Source of the DNA: an uncultured Acidobacteriota bacterium
GTDB lineage: Bacteria > Acidobacteriota > Thermoanaerobaculia > UBA5066 > Gp7-AA6
DNA: 64,000 nucleotides
Reading direction: 5' to 3'
Assembly: GCA_963764715.1 (NCBI GenBank)
Contig: CAVXTP010000021.1
Location: 1 to 64,000 of the forward strand
The position numbers and the translations under genes are program-made. Numbering within the stretch: position 1 is the first letter of the stretch; every line of letters begins with the position of its first letter. The notes under the pieces are model-generated. The model was not told where the DNA came from. It did no database searches and saw nothing but the letters and a program-made list of their open reading frames with translations. Shown here in pieces: positions 28,107 through 37,865 of the stretch.

Positions 28107-30557
28107 CTACTCGGCGCGCAGCGCGATCATCGGGTCGACCTTCGTCGCGCGCCGCGCCGGCAGGTAGCAGGCCAGCAGCGCGGACCCGACGAGCAGCAGC
28201 GTGACGCCGAGAAACGTCAGCGGGTCGGTCGCGGTCACGCCGAAGAGGAGCGACTCCACGGTGCGCGTGAGGGCGAGCGACGCGGCCATCCCGATCGCCA
28301 CGCCGGCGAAGATCGTCCGCAGTCCCTGGGAGAGGATCAGCCTCAGGACGTCGCGCGCGCCGGCGCCGAGAGCGAGGCGCACGCCGATCTCGCGCGTCCG
28401 CCGGCTCACCGAGTAGGCCATCACGCCGAACACTCCGGCGGTCGCGAGGAGCAGGGCGGTGATTCCGAAGAACGCGATGAGGATCACGTTGAACCGCCGG
28501 GAGCCCAGGGAGGCGGAGTAGACCTGGGACAGGGTCCGGAACTTCGCCGGAATCTCCGGGTCGAGCTCCCGCAGGATTCCCCGCGCGGTCGAGGCCACCA
28601 GGGGCGTGTCGGCGTCGCTCCGGAGGGCGAGGCTCACCGCCGGCCGCGGCCGCTGGAACAGATTGACGTAGACGGTCGGCCGCGGCGGAACGTCGAGGCC
28701 GTAGACGTGCGTGTCGCCCACGATCCCGACGATCGTCAGCAGGCGCAGGTCGCCATCCATGTTCCCGAACTGGATCGTGCGGCCGATCGGGTCCTGGTCC
28801 GGCCACCGGTCGCGCGCCAGCGAGGCGCTGATCAGGGCGACGTGCGGCGAATCGGCGCCGTCGCGTCCGTCGAACATGCGGCCCCGGACGAGCGGAATTC
28901 CGAGGGCCTGGAAATATCCGTCCGTGGCGGCGCAGAAGTCCGCCGTGCCCGTCCGTTCCTTCTGCTCGAACAGCGGGCGGAGGCCATCCGGCGTGGCGGG
29001 GACCTCGTCCCGGGTCATCTGGAGGAACATCCCGTCCGGAAGGCCGCCGTCCATCGGCAGGCCGCTCGCGGCGCCGACCTGGCGCACGCCCGGGACCTGC
29101 CGGAGGCGGTCGATCAGGCGGGAAAAGAACATCGCCTGGCCCGCCTTCGCCCCGGGATCGTCGACCCACGGAAGCGAGACGTCCATCGTGACGATGTGGT
29201 CCACGCGGAACCCGGGGTTCACGTCGAGGACCTTCATCAGGCTGCGTCCGAGGAGCCCCGCCCCGACCACGAGAACCAGCGTGATCGCGATCTGTGCCGC
29301 GACGATGACCCGGCCGACGCGCTGGGCGCCCTGCGAGCCGGCCTGTCCCCGCCCGCCTTCCCCGAGGCCCCGACGCAGGTCTGTCGACGTCGCCCGTGCG
29401 GCGGTGAACGCTCCGAGGCCGGCGGCGACCGCCGCCGACAGGAGGAATGCGAACGCGAGCACGGGAAGGTTGATGGAGACGCTCTCGATCCGCGGCAGGT
29501 TTCCCGGCGCCAGCCTCATCAATCCCGCGACGCCCCCGATCGCGGCCAGGACGCCGAGACCGCCGCCGGCGAGCGAGATCAGGGCGGCCTCGGAAAGGAA
29601 CTGGCGGATCAGCCGCCCGCGCGCGGCCCCGAGCGCGCTGCGGACGGCGAGCTCCCGCGTCCTGGCCGACGCCTGCGCGAGCAGGAGGTTCGCGACGTTC
29701 GCGCACGCCACCAGCAGGAGGAAGCCCACCGCGCCGAGGAGGATCAGGAGCGCCGGGCGCGCCCGGCCCGTGATCCACTCCTGGAGCGGAACGACGAGCC
29801 CGTCGGCGAGGAGGTAATCGCCCTTCTCGCTCGACGATTCGCGGATCCGCCGGGCGATCGCCGAGATGTCCCGGTTGGCCTGCTCGACGGTCACGCCGTC
29901 CCGCAGCCGGCCGACCGCCGCGTAGTTGTGCGACGTCCGGCTCGGGTTCTCGCCGTCGAGATCGGCCGGCAGCCACAGGTCCGAGCCTTCCGGGAACCCG
30001 AATCCGGCCGGGAGGACGCCGATCACGGAGTAGACCGCGCCATCGATCTTCAGGCGCGACTGCGACAGGTCGGTCGGCGACCCGAGATGCTCCTTCCAGT
30101 AGCCGAAGCCGACCAGCACCGTCGGGCTCGCTCCCTTTTTCGCGTCGCCGGCGACGAAGTCACGGCCGAGGATCGGCTGGATCCCGAAGACCCGGAGAAA
30201 GGCGGGCGAGACGCTCGCCACCGTCGTGCGCGTCGGCTGGGAAGCTCCCGCGATCGATGCGACGTTGTCCTGGTACTTCGCGATCGCCTGGAAGCTGCGG
30301 CTCTGATCGCGGAAGTCGTCGAAGTTCGGGTCGGCGAGGCGCGACGGACGTCCTTTCGAGGTGACCTCGGCGACGGCCATGATCCGCTTCGCCTCGGGAT
30401 AGGGCAGCGGCCGCAGCAGCACGCCGTAGACGACGCTGAAAATCGCCGTCGTCGCGCCGATGCCGAGCGCGAGCGTGAAGACCATGATCGCGGGAACGCC
30501 GGGGCTCTTGAGGACCCGCCGCGCGGCGTATCGAAAATCCTGCCAGAAGCCGCCCAT
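28107..30557 (-). CDS. ADOP-family duplicated MacB/FtsX permease
   Basis: [61 protein letters not shown]. Confidence 0.95.
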   Translation of the reverse strand: MGGFWQDFRYAARRVLKSPGVPAIMVFTLALGIGATTAIFSVVYGVLLRPLPYPEAKRIMAVAEVTSKGRPSRLADPNFDDFRDQSRSFQAIAKYQDNVASIAGASQPTRTTVASVSPAFLRVFGIQPILGRDFVAGDAKKGASPTVLVGFGYWKEHLGSPTDLSQSRLKIDGAVYSVIGVLPAGFGFPEGSDLWLPADLDGENPSRTSHNYAAVGRLRDGVTVEQANRDISAIARRIRESSSEKGDYLLADGLVVPLQEWITGRARPALLILLGAVGFLLLVACANVANLLLAQASARTRELAVRSALGAARGRLIRQFLSEAALISLAGGGLGVLAAIGGVAGLMRLAPGNLPRIESVSINLPVLAFAFLLSAAVAAGLGAFTAARATSTDLRRGLGEGGRGQAGSQGAQRVGRVIVAAQIAITLVLVVGAGLLGRSLMKVLDVNPGFRVDHIVTMDVSLPWVDDPGAKAGQAMFFSRLIDRLRQVPGVRQVGAASGLPMDGGLPDGMFLQMTRDEVPATPDGLRPLFEQKERTGTADFCAATDGYFQALGIPLVRGRMFDGRDGADSPHVALISASLARDRWPDQDPIGRTIQFGNMDGDLRLLTIVGIVGDTHVYGLDVPPRPTVYVNLFQRPRPAVSLALRSDADTPLVASTARGILRELDPEIPAKFRTLSQVYSASLGSRRFNVILIAFFGITALLLATAGVFGVMAYSVSRRTREIGVRLALGAGARDVLRLILSQGLRTIFAGVAIGMAASLALTRTVESLLFGVTATDPLTFLGVTLLLVGSALLACYLPARRATKVDPMIALRAE

Positions 30558-30615
30558 GTTCACCTCCGCCCTCGAAGGGAAGGGGCGGTGTCCGGTGGTC
30601 CGGGTCGCCGACGGC

Positions 30616-30846
30616 TCACGACTTCGAGAAGAATCTTCCGAGCGCCCCTCGCTGCGGCGCACGCTCGCCGATCCGCGGGGGCGAGACCCTGCCGGGGATG
30701 ACCTTTTGCGACGGGCAGCCCGCAACCCAGCACTTCAGGAGGATCGCGCCCTGCCGGCGCTCTTCCGCCGAGAGCTCGGTCGAGTTCTGATGGCCCTGGC
30801 CGCATCTCCAGAAATGAATGGAGACGGTGGTCGACCGCGTGTCCAT
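30616..30846 (-). CDS. Small hypothetical protein, possible zinc ribbon
   Basis: [19 protein letters not shown]...LKCWVAGC..., preceded by a GGAGG SD. Confidence 0.5.
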   Translation of the reverse strand: MDTRSTTVSIHFWRCGQGHQNSTELSAEERRQGAILLKCWVAGCPSQKVIPGRVSPPRIGERAPQRGALGRFFSKS

Positions 30847-30938
30847 GCTGAAGGCCCCCTCCTGCTCCGGCATTAGATCAGAGGCGGCCGCCGGCGCCGC
30901 CGGGATTCTGCCGGCGACGACCTCCGCGCGAATCGCGC

Positions 30939-31628
30939 CTATCCGGTCTTCCGGTACAGCCCGTTGGCCGACACCCGGCGGCCCGTCTCGACCCTGGGCC
31001 GCGCGGTGCGGGTCGGCTCGACGGGCAGGAGACCGAACCGCGCCATTTCGCGGTCGAGCTGCGCGGCGTCGACGAGCACGTGGCGGCCTCCGCTGTCGAA
31101 CCCTTCGTAGACGTCGGGCTCGCCGGCGACGGACCGGGTTCCGCGGCCCGTCAGGTCGGTCTCGGGCGTGAACACCGAGACGAGCAGCCGCGCTCCCGGC
31201 TTCAGGACGCGTGCGGTCTCCGCGAGCGAGCGGTCCCACTCGGCGCGGCTCTGGGCGCAGTGGTAGAGACCGAGCGCGACGACGAGATCGAACGTCCCAT
31301 CGCCCGCCGGCGAGAGCTCGTCCATGCGCGCGACGCGCACCCGCCGTCCCGCTTCCGTGGGGCCGAGGATCGCCCCCACGCGCTCGCGGGTCTTCGCGAC
31401 CATGGCCGGCGACGCGTCGAGCGCCTCGACGTCGAATCCCTTTTCGGCGAGAAAGACGGCGTTGCGGCCCCCCGCGCACCCGAGATCGAGGACCCGCGTG
31501 ATCGAGGGATCCGGGTACTCGCGGACGAGCTCGGTCAGGCGCACGTCGGGCTCCCGCGCCGCGAAGCGCTCGACGTTCTCGGCGGAATCCCAGTAAGAGC
31601 TCGACAAGGGAGGCTTCCATCCTCCCAC
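30939..31628 (-). CDS. Class I SAM-dependent methyltransferase
   Basis: VLDLGCAGGRN, DAS, FDLVV, RVLKPG. Confidence 0.92.
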   Translation of the reverse strand: MGGWKPPLSSSYWDSAENVERFAAREPDVRLTELVREYPDPSITRVLDLGCAGGRNAVFLAEKGFDVEALDASPAMVAKTRERVGAILGPTEAGRRVRVARMDELSPAGDGTFDLVVALGLYHCAQSRAEWDRSLAETARVLKPGARLLVSVFTPETDLTGRGTRSVAGEPDVYEGFDSGGRHVLVDAAQLDREMARFGLLPVEPTRTARPRVETGRRVSANGLYRKTG

Positions 31629-31692
31629 AGGGCAGCGCCCCCCTGACGCAAGATGCCCCGGACATATAGAGTGTCGCCAGGCGCAAAGAACG

Positions 31693-33087
31693 TTGGAAGG
31701 CTCGATTCAGGATCGCCTGTCGGCGCACCGGCTGTTCGCCGGCGCGCCGCGCGAAGAGCTCGACTGGCTCGTCGCCCACGGACACATGGTCCGGCTGGAA
31801 GCGGGAGACGTTCTCACGTCGAAGGGCGGGCCGGTCCACGGCCTCTACATCGTGTTTTCCGGCCACCTGTCGATTCACATCGACCGGGGAGCGGGGCCGC
31901 ACAAGGTCATGGAATGGGGAGCGGGCGACGTGACGGGGCTGCTTCCGTACTCCCGCCTCGTCGCGCCGCCGGGCGACGTCAAGGCCGAGGTGCCGAGCGA
32001 GGCCCTTCTCGTCCCCCGCGAGGAGATCCCGGCCCTGATCCGCGACTGCCACGCCCTGACGGAGATCTTCGTGCACGTCATGCTCGATCGCGCCCGCGTC
32101 TTCACGTCGAGCGACCTCCTCGAGGAGAAGATGGCCTCTCTCGGAAAGCTCGCGGCCGGGCTCGCCCACGAGCTCAACAACCCCGCGTCGGCCGTCGCGC
32201 GCAGCGCCGAAGGGCTGACGCTCCGGCTGGCCGAGGTCGAGCGGGCCTCGCGGGCTCTCGGAGCGGCCCGGTTGTCCGAAGCCCAGCAGGCGGCGGTCGA
32301 CCGGGCGCGGGAGGTCTGCGTCACCGCGGCCGGCGCGACCTTCGGCAGCTCGCCCCTCGAGCGGGCGGACCGGCAGGACGCGATCGCCGACTGGCTCGAG
32401 CGCCACCAGGCCGACGCCGTGGCGGCGGAAGCCCTGGCCGACTCGGCGGTCACCTTCGAGGCGCTCGACGGGCTCGCCGAAGCTCTCGACGGGGAGTCGC
32501 TCCAGGCGGTGCTCGCGTGGCTGGCGGCTGGATGCTCGACTCACCAGCTCGCAACGGAGATCGAGACGGCCGCCTCGAAGATCCACAACCTCGTCGCGGC
32601 GGTCAAGGGCTTCACGTACATGGACCAGGCCACCATGCCCAGGCCCGTGGACCTCGGCCAGGGGCTCTCGGACACGCTGGCGGTGCTGAACGCCAAGGCG
32701 CGCGGGAGCTCCGTGCGCGTGAATCTCGAGGTGGAGGCCGACCTTCCGCGCATCGAGGGGTTCGGCGGCGAGCTCAATCAGGTCTGGGCGAACCTGGTCG
32801 ACAACGCCCTGGATGCGGCGAAGAGCCGCGTGACCGTTTCGGCGGGACGCGACGGCGCTTCCGTCGTCGTCCGCGTCGTGGACGATGGCGCGGGACTGCC
32901 GCCGGAGATTCGCGAGCGCATCTTCGATCCCTTCTTCACGACGAAACCGGTCGGCCAGGGCACCGGGCTCGGCCTCGACATCGCGCGGCGGCTCGTGCTC
33001 CGACACCGGGGAGAGATCGAGGTCGATTCGCGCCCCGGCCGGACGGAATTCCGCGTCACGCTGCCGATCGGCGCGGGAAGGGACTGA
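31693..33087 (+). CDS. cNMP-binding-domain sensor histidine kinase
   Basis: N-terminal cNMP-like domain, H-box AHELNNP, NLVDNA, DDGAG, FDPFFTTKPVGQGTGLGL. Confidence 0.93.
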   Translation: MEGSIQDRLSAHRLFAGAPREELDWLVAHGHMVRLEAGDVLTSKGGPVHGLYIVFSGHLSIHIDRGAGPHKVMEWGAGDVTGLLPYSRLVAPPGDVKAEVPSEALLVPREEIPALIRDCHALTEIFVHVMLDRARVFTSSDLLEEKMASLGKLAAGLAHELNNPASAVARSAEGLTLRLAEVERASRALGAARLSEAQQAAVDRAREVCVTAAGATFGSSPLERADRQDAIADWLERHQADAVAAEALADSAVTFEALDGLAEALDGESLQAVLAWLAAGCSTHQLATEIETAASKIHNLVAAVKGFTYMDQATMPRPVDLGQGLSDTLAVLNAKARGSSVRVNLEVEADLPRIEGFGGELNQVWANLVDNALDAAKSRVTVSAGRDGASVVVRVVDDGAGLPPEIRERIFDPFFTTKPVGQGTGLGLDIARRLVLRHRGEIEVDSRPGRTEFRVTLPIGAGRD

Positions 33088-33088
33088 C

Positions 33089-33130
33089 GTCGCCAGGCCG
33101 GTCGTCCTGACCGTGGACGACGATCCCGAG
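33089..33130 (+). pseudogene. 5' stub of a receiver-domain gene
   Basis: Reads VARPVVLTVDDDPE directly after the HK stop, and the similarity then ends. Confidence 0.6.
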
Positions 33131-33247
33131 TTTCCGCGATGCCCGGGGTGCCGGACCCCGCTCTCACGGTCTTTCCTGAAGGGCGTGCGACGCCCGGAGG
33201 CCGAGCTTCCGCCGAACACCCGGGTATAAAGTTCCCGTCAGACTCGA

Positions 33248-35833
33248 ATGCCACTTCCAGCCGGGACGAGCCTCGGCCCGTACGAGGTCCTATCGCCGAT
33301 CGGGGCGGGCGGCATGGGGGAGGTGTACCGCGCGCGGGATCCCCGGCTCGGGCGCGACGTCGCCGTGAAGGTGCTGCCCGAGGCCCTGGCGCAGGATCCT
33401 GCCCGGCTGTCGCGGTTCCAGCAGGAGGCACGCGCGGCGTCGGCGCTGAACCATCCCAACATCGTGACGATCCACGAAATCGGGCGTCACGGGGAGACGG
33501 CGTTCATCGCGATGGAGCTCGTGGAGGGGAAGACCCTCCGGGAGCTCACGATCTCGGGGCCAATGCCCGTGAAACGGGTATTGAACGTGGCGGCGCAGGT
33601 GGCCGACGGTCTCGCGAAGGCGCATTCCGCGGGAATCGTCCACCGGGACCTGAAGCCCGAGAACGTGATGGTGTCGAAGGACGGGTTCGTGAAGATCCTC
33701 GACTTCGGCCTGGCCAAGCTCGTCGAGCCGGAGCCCGGCGAAGCCTCGGCGATGCCGACGGTCGCGCCGCCCGAGACGTCCCCCGGGACCGTCATGGGAA
33801 CGGTCGGCTACATGTCGCCCGAGCAGGCCTCGGGGGAAGACCTGGATTTCCGGTCGGATCAGTTTTCGCTGGGCTCGATCGTGTACGAGATGACGACGGG
33901 CAAGAAGGCGTTCCAGCGGAAGACGGCCGCGGAGACGATGTCGGCCATCATCCGCGAAGAGCCGGAGCCGGTCGCGAGGCTGCGGCCCGACCTGCCGCTG
34001 CCGGTGCGGTGGATCCTGGAGCGCTGTCTGGCGAAGGACCGGGAGGAGCGGTATGCGTCGACGCGGGACCTGGCCCGGGACCTCGCCAGCGTGCGCGACC
34101 ACATCTCCGAAGTCACGAGCGGCGCGGAGTCCATGCTGGCGGCGCCCGGCAAGTCGAGGCGGCGCACCGTGCCGGCGGCCGCCGCCGTCGTTCTCGCCGC
34201 GGCGGCGCTCGTCGCCGGCGCGCTCGTCACGCGCGCGTTCGCTGCGAGAGGCTCCGTCGGCCCCGTCCTTCAAGCGGCTCACCTTCCGGGGTCTCCCGCT
34301 CGCGAATGCGCGTTTCTCTCGCGACGGGCAGATGCATCGTCTACGGCGTGAACGACGTCGACGAAGGTCGTCTGTTCGTGTCCCGCGTGCAGGGTCCCGA
34401 ATCCAAGCCGTTCGAGTTCGCGGGGGACATCCTCTCGATTTCGCGGTCGGGCGAGCTGGCCATCCTCCAGGGCGCGGGGTCCGCGCGGGTCCTGGCGACC
34501 GTTCCCATGGCGGGAGGGGCGCCGCGTCAGGTCGTGGACAACGTCATCTATGCCGGGGCCGACTGGTCCCCGGACGGCGCGAATCTCGTCGTCGCTCGCG
34601 ACGTCGGCGGAAAAGTCCGTCTCGAGTTTCCGATCGGGAAGGAGATCGCCGCCGGAAACTTCGACGTCTCCCCGATTTTCGCCCGACGGCGCCATGATCT
34701 CCTGTTGGGAGAGAACCGGGGACTCGTACTCCGTGGTCTTGATCGATCGTCTCGGGAAGTCGAAAAAGACGCTTTCGGCCGGCTGGACGGATTTCGCGGG
34801 TGTGCCGTCCTGGGCGTCGAACGGACGCGAGGTCTGGTTCACGGCGAACCGCGCGGGAGAAAGCCCCGCGCTCTGGGTTGTGGACATGTCGGGAAAGCTC
34901 CGCCTCGCGATCCGCGTTCCGGGGATTCTCGAGCTCGACGACATCTCGACCGACGGCCGTGTGTTGGTGGCCCATCACACAATGCGGCGGAGCGTCGTCG
35001 GGTTCGGACCCGGCCAGACGAAGCCGAGCGATCTGGCGTGGCTGGACGGATCATGGCCCGCCGACCTATCCTCGGACGGAACGTCGCTCCTTCTGAACGA
35101 AGAAGGCGAGGGCACCGGCCCGGTGCCGGCGATGTACCTTCGTGGCACGGACGGGAGCCCCGCGCTTCGCCTTTCCGAAGGCTGGGGCATGGCTCTCTCG
35201 GCCGATCACCAGCGGGTGCTCGGTGTCCTTTCCGGGGGTGTCGGGAAACCTTCGAGCCTCGTCCTCGTTCCGACGGGGCCGGGAGAGGTCCGGCGGCTCG
35301 AGGTCGAAGGCGTCGACCTCACGTCCGGCGTTCCGTGGGGCGGATTCACACCGGACTCGAAGCGGATCGTCTTCTCCGGCACGGAGCGGGACGGCAAGAG
35401 CCGCCTTCACGTTCTGGAGATCTCGACGGGGAAATGGCGCACGTTCGGGCCGGATGGCGCGAGGATCGTGCCTTTCTCGAGCCCCGTCTCGCCCGATGGC
35501 CGGTTCGTCGTCGGGGTTCGGGGCGGCCGGGGCTGGGTCTGGCCGATCGACGGCGGCGGGGAGGCCCGCGCCGTGCCGGGATTCGTGGCGGGTGACCGGG
35601 TGGCCCAGTGGAGCGCGGACTCGGCGGCTCTTTATGTCTACAACCCGGTCGAGCGGCCGATGTGGGTGTCTCTCCTCGATCTCGCGACGGGACAGAAGCG
35701 TCCGTGGAAGGAGATTCCCCTCTCCGACGCCACGGGGAACGTCCGGGTGCGCGTCACTCCGGACGGCCGCTCCTATTTCGTCGGTTCCGTGGTCAGCCAG
35801 TCGGAGCTCTACCTGGTCGAAGGCTTGCGCTGA
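33248..35833 (+). CDS. Ser/Thr kinase - TM - TolB-like beta-propeller with apparent frameshifts at about 34260, 34335 and 34670
   Basis: Intact kinase domain. The propeller continues across frames (PSFKRLTFRG; IVYG..ADWSPDG; SPRFSPDG..SELYLVEGLR*). Confidence 0.85.
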
Positions 35834-35930
35834 CGCTCATCCGATTTCGCCGCGCGCCGCCGTGACGATCGGACAGGGAGCGACACGAAGGGCGGAACGG
35901 TTCGCGGGATGCAGGAGCCGGAGCCGGGCC

Positions 35931-36224
35931 TCAGGCCACGAAGACGTGACCCGGACCGCGAACCTGTTCCCGACAAGCCTGGTCGCAGGATTTTCGCACC
36001 GGCCACCGCGAGCAGCTCACGACGCGCAGGCGCGGAAAGCCGAAAGTGACTCCGAGGGCCCCCGGCCGCGGATCGACGCCCACGCAGGCCTCGTCTCCCG
36101 TCTCCGGGCAGGTGACCTTCTTCTTTCGCTGGAGCTCCCCGTACTCGAGCAGGCCCACGGGCAGCACGACGACGAGCAGGCCGACCAGGGCGTAAAGAAT
36201 CGCAACGAGCGGCGACGATTCCAT
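35931..36224 (-). CDS. Small membrane-anchored Cys-rich hypothetical protein
   Basis: GGAGG SD, TM helix, VTCPETG...CSRWP...CDQAC. Confidence 0.7.
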   Translation of the reverse strand: MESSPLVAILYALVGLLVVVLPVGLLEYGELQRKKKVTCPETGDEACVGVDPRPGALGVTFGFPRLRVVSCSRWPVRKSCDQACREQVRGPGHVFVA

Positions 36225-36420
36225 CCTGCACCTCCCGCGGTCGCGGGCCCGTTCGACCCGCGCTCGGTTCTCCCCATCATGGAAGTCCACGGCGTCGGGG
36301 CCCGCCAGATCCAAACGCATCATCCCGGGCGCCGCGTTGACTCCTCGACGCGCAAGGTCAAATATCCGCTGACGGGGCGGGTCACCTCGGCCCGCAATCC
36401 CCGCGAACAAGGGAGGCCCC

Positions 36421-37728
36421 ATGCGAAGGATTCTGGCGGCCATCGTCGTCCTCGGGTCCCTGTCCGTCGCGCTTCCGGCGGAGGTCACGGCCATCCGTGC
36501 GGGCCGGCTCGTCGACCCCGAGACCGGCCGGGCGGCCTCCGACCAGGTCATTCTGGTGGAGGGCGGCAAGATCACGGCTGTGGGGCCGGGCCTGGCGGTC
36601 CCGCCGGACGCGGCCGTCATCGATCTCTCGGACCTGACCGTGCTTCCGGGGCTCGTGGACACCCACACGCACCTCGGCATCACCTACAAGGACGTTCCGG
36701 AGCACAACTACTACTACCTGACCTACGTGATGGAATCGACGCCGCTGCGCGCGATCCAGGCGGCCTCGAACGGCATCCAGCTCCTCAACTCGGGCTTCAC
36801 GGTCGTGCGGGACCTCGGCAACAACGCCCTCTATGCCGACACCGCGCACCGCCAGGCGATCGAGCAGGGATGGATCCCCGGGCCGACGCTCATCAACTCG
36901 GGTCTGATCATCGGCGGCAAGGGCGGCCAGTTCTGGCCCACGCCCGAGATGGTCAAGTACCACGACATCGTCTATCCGGAGTACCTCGACGCGGACACCC
37001 ACGACGAGATCATCAAGGCCGTGCGCGAGAACATGCTGTTCGGCGCGAAGATCATCAAGATCTGCGTCGACTGCAAGCCCTGGGGCTACTCGGTCGAGGA
37101 CATGAAGCTCTTCATCTCGGAGGCGGCCAGGGGCGGTCTCAAAGTCGCCGGCCACGTTCAGACCCCCGAAGGGGCGAGCCGCGCCATCGAGGCCGGGATC
37201 TGGTCGATCGAGCACGGCTTCGCGCTCACCGACGAGCACTACAGGCTGATGGCGCAGAAGGGAATCTTCCTCGCCTCCACCGATACGCCGTTCACGCCCT
37301 ATGCCGGGAAGAAGGAGAGCATGGACAAGGCCGCCGCGCAGCTCAAGAGCGCCTGGCAGCACGGCGTGAAGATCACCTTCTCGACCGACATGGACTACTG
37401 GGAGCAGGGCAACATGCTCACCCGCGGCGAGCGGACGATCAATTTCCTCCTGACCTGGAAGGCGTCCGGGATCCCCAACGCCGACATCCTGAAGGCGATG
37501 ACGGTGACCGGCTACCAGTGCGCGCAGGTCGAGAAGCAGCGCGGCCCGATCCGGGCCGGGCTCGCCGCCGACATCATCGCCGTGCGGGGCAATCCGCTCG
37601 AGGACATCGACGCCCTGCGCGACGTGCGTTTCGTCATGAAGGACGGCATGGTCTTCAAGCGCGACGGCGTGATGACTCCCGAGAAGTTCTTCCACTCCGG
37701 ACCGGTCTACGGATGGAACAAGCGTTAG
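36421..37728 (+). CDS. Secreted amidohydrolase (Xaa-Pro dipeptidase-like)
   Basis: Signal peptide, PGLVDTHTH, GFTVVRDLG, SIEHG, ADIIAVRGNPLEDI. Confidence 0.92.
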   Translation: MRRILAAIVVLGSLSVALPAEVTAIRAGRLVDPETGRAASDQVILVEGGKITAVGPGLAVPPDAAVIDLSDLTVLPGLVDTHTHLGITYKDVPEHNYYYLTYVMESTPLRAIQAASNGIQLLNSGFTVVRDLGNNALYADTAHRQAIEQGWIPGPTLINSGLIIGGKGGQFWPTPEMVKYHDIVYPEYLDADTHDEIIKAVRENMLFGAKIIKICVDCKPWGYSVEDMKLFISEAARGGLKVAGHVQTPEGASRAIEAGIWSIEHGFALTDEHYRLMAQKGIFLASTDTPFTPYAGKKESMDKAAAQLKSAWQHGVKITFSTDMDYWEQGNMLTRGERTINFLLTWKASGIPNADILKAMTVTGYQCAQVEKQRGPIRAGLAADIIAVRGNPLEDIDALRDVRFVMKDGMVFKRDGVMTPEKFFHSGPVYGWNKR

Positions 37729-37865
37729 CGGGAGTTTGGAGCCGGAAAGGGGGCCGCGGCGGCCCGTGGACGACACGCAGCCGATCGTGCGCCCGCACTC
37801 GTCTCGGAGAAGTTCTGTTAGACTGACCGCCGTCGACTAGCCCTATTCATCTGAGCAAGCAGGAT

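Noticed and set aside
35895-35925. GGTTC...AGGAGCC as a further att copy
   Set aside because: It lacks the arm, the terminal A and the peptide frame, and is plausible by chance in high-GC DNA.
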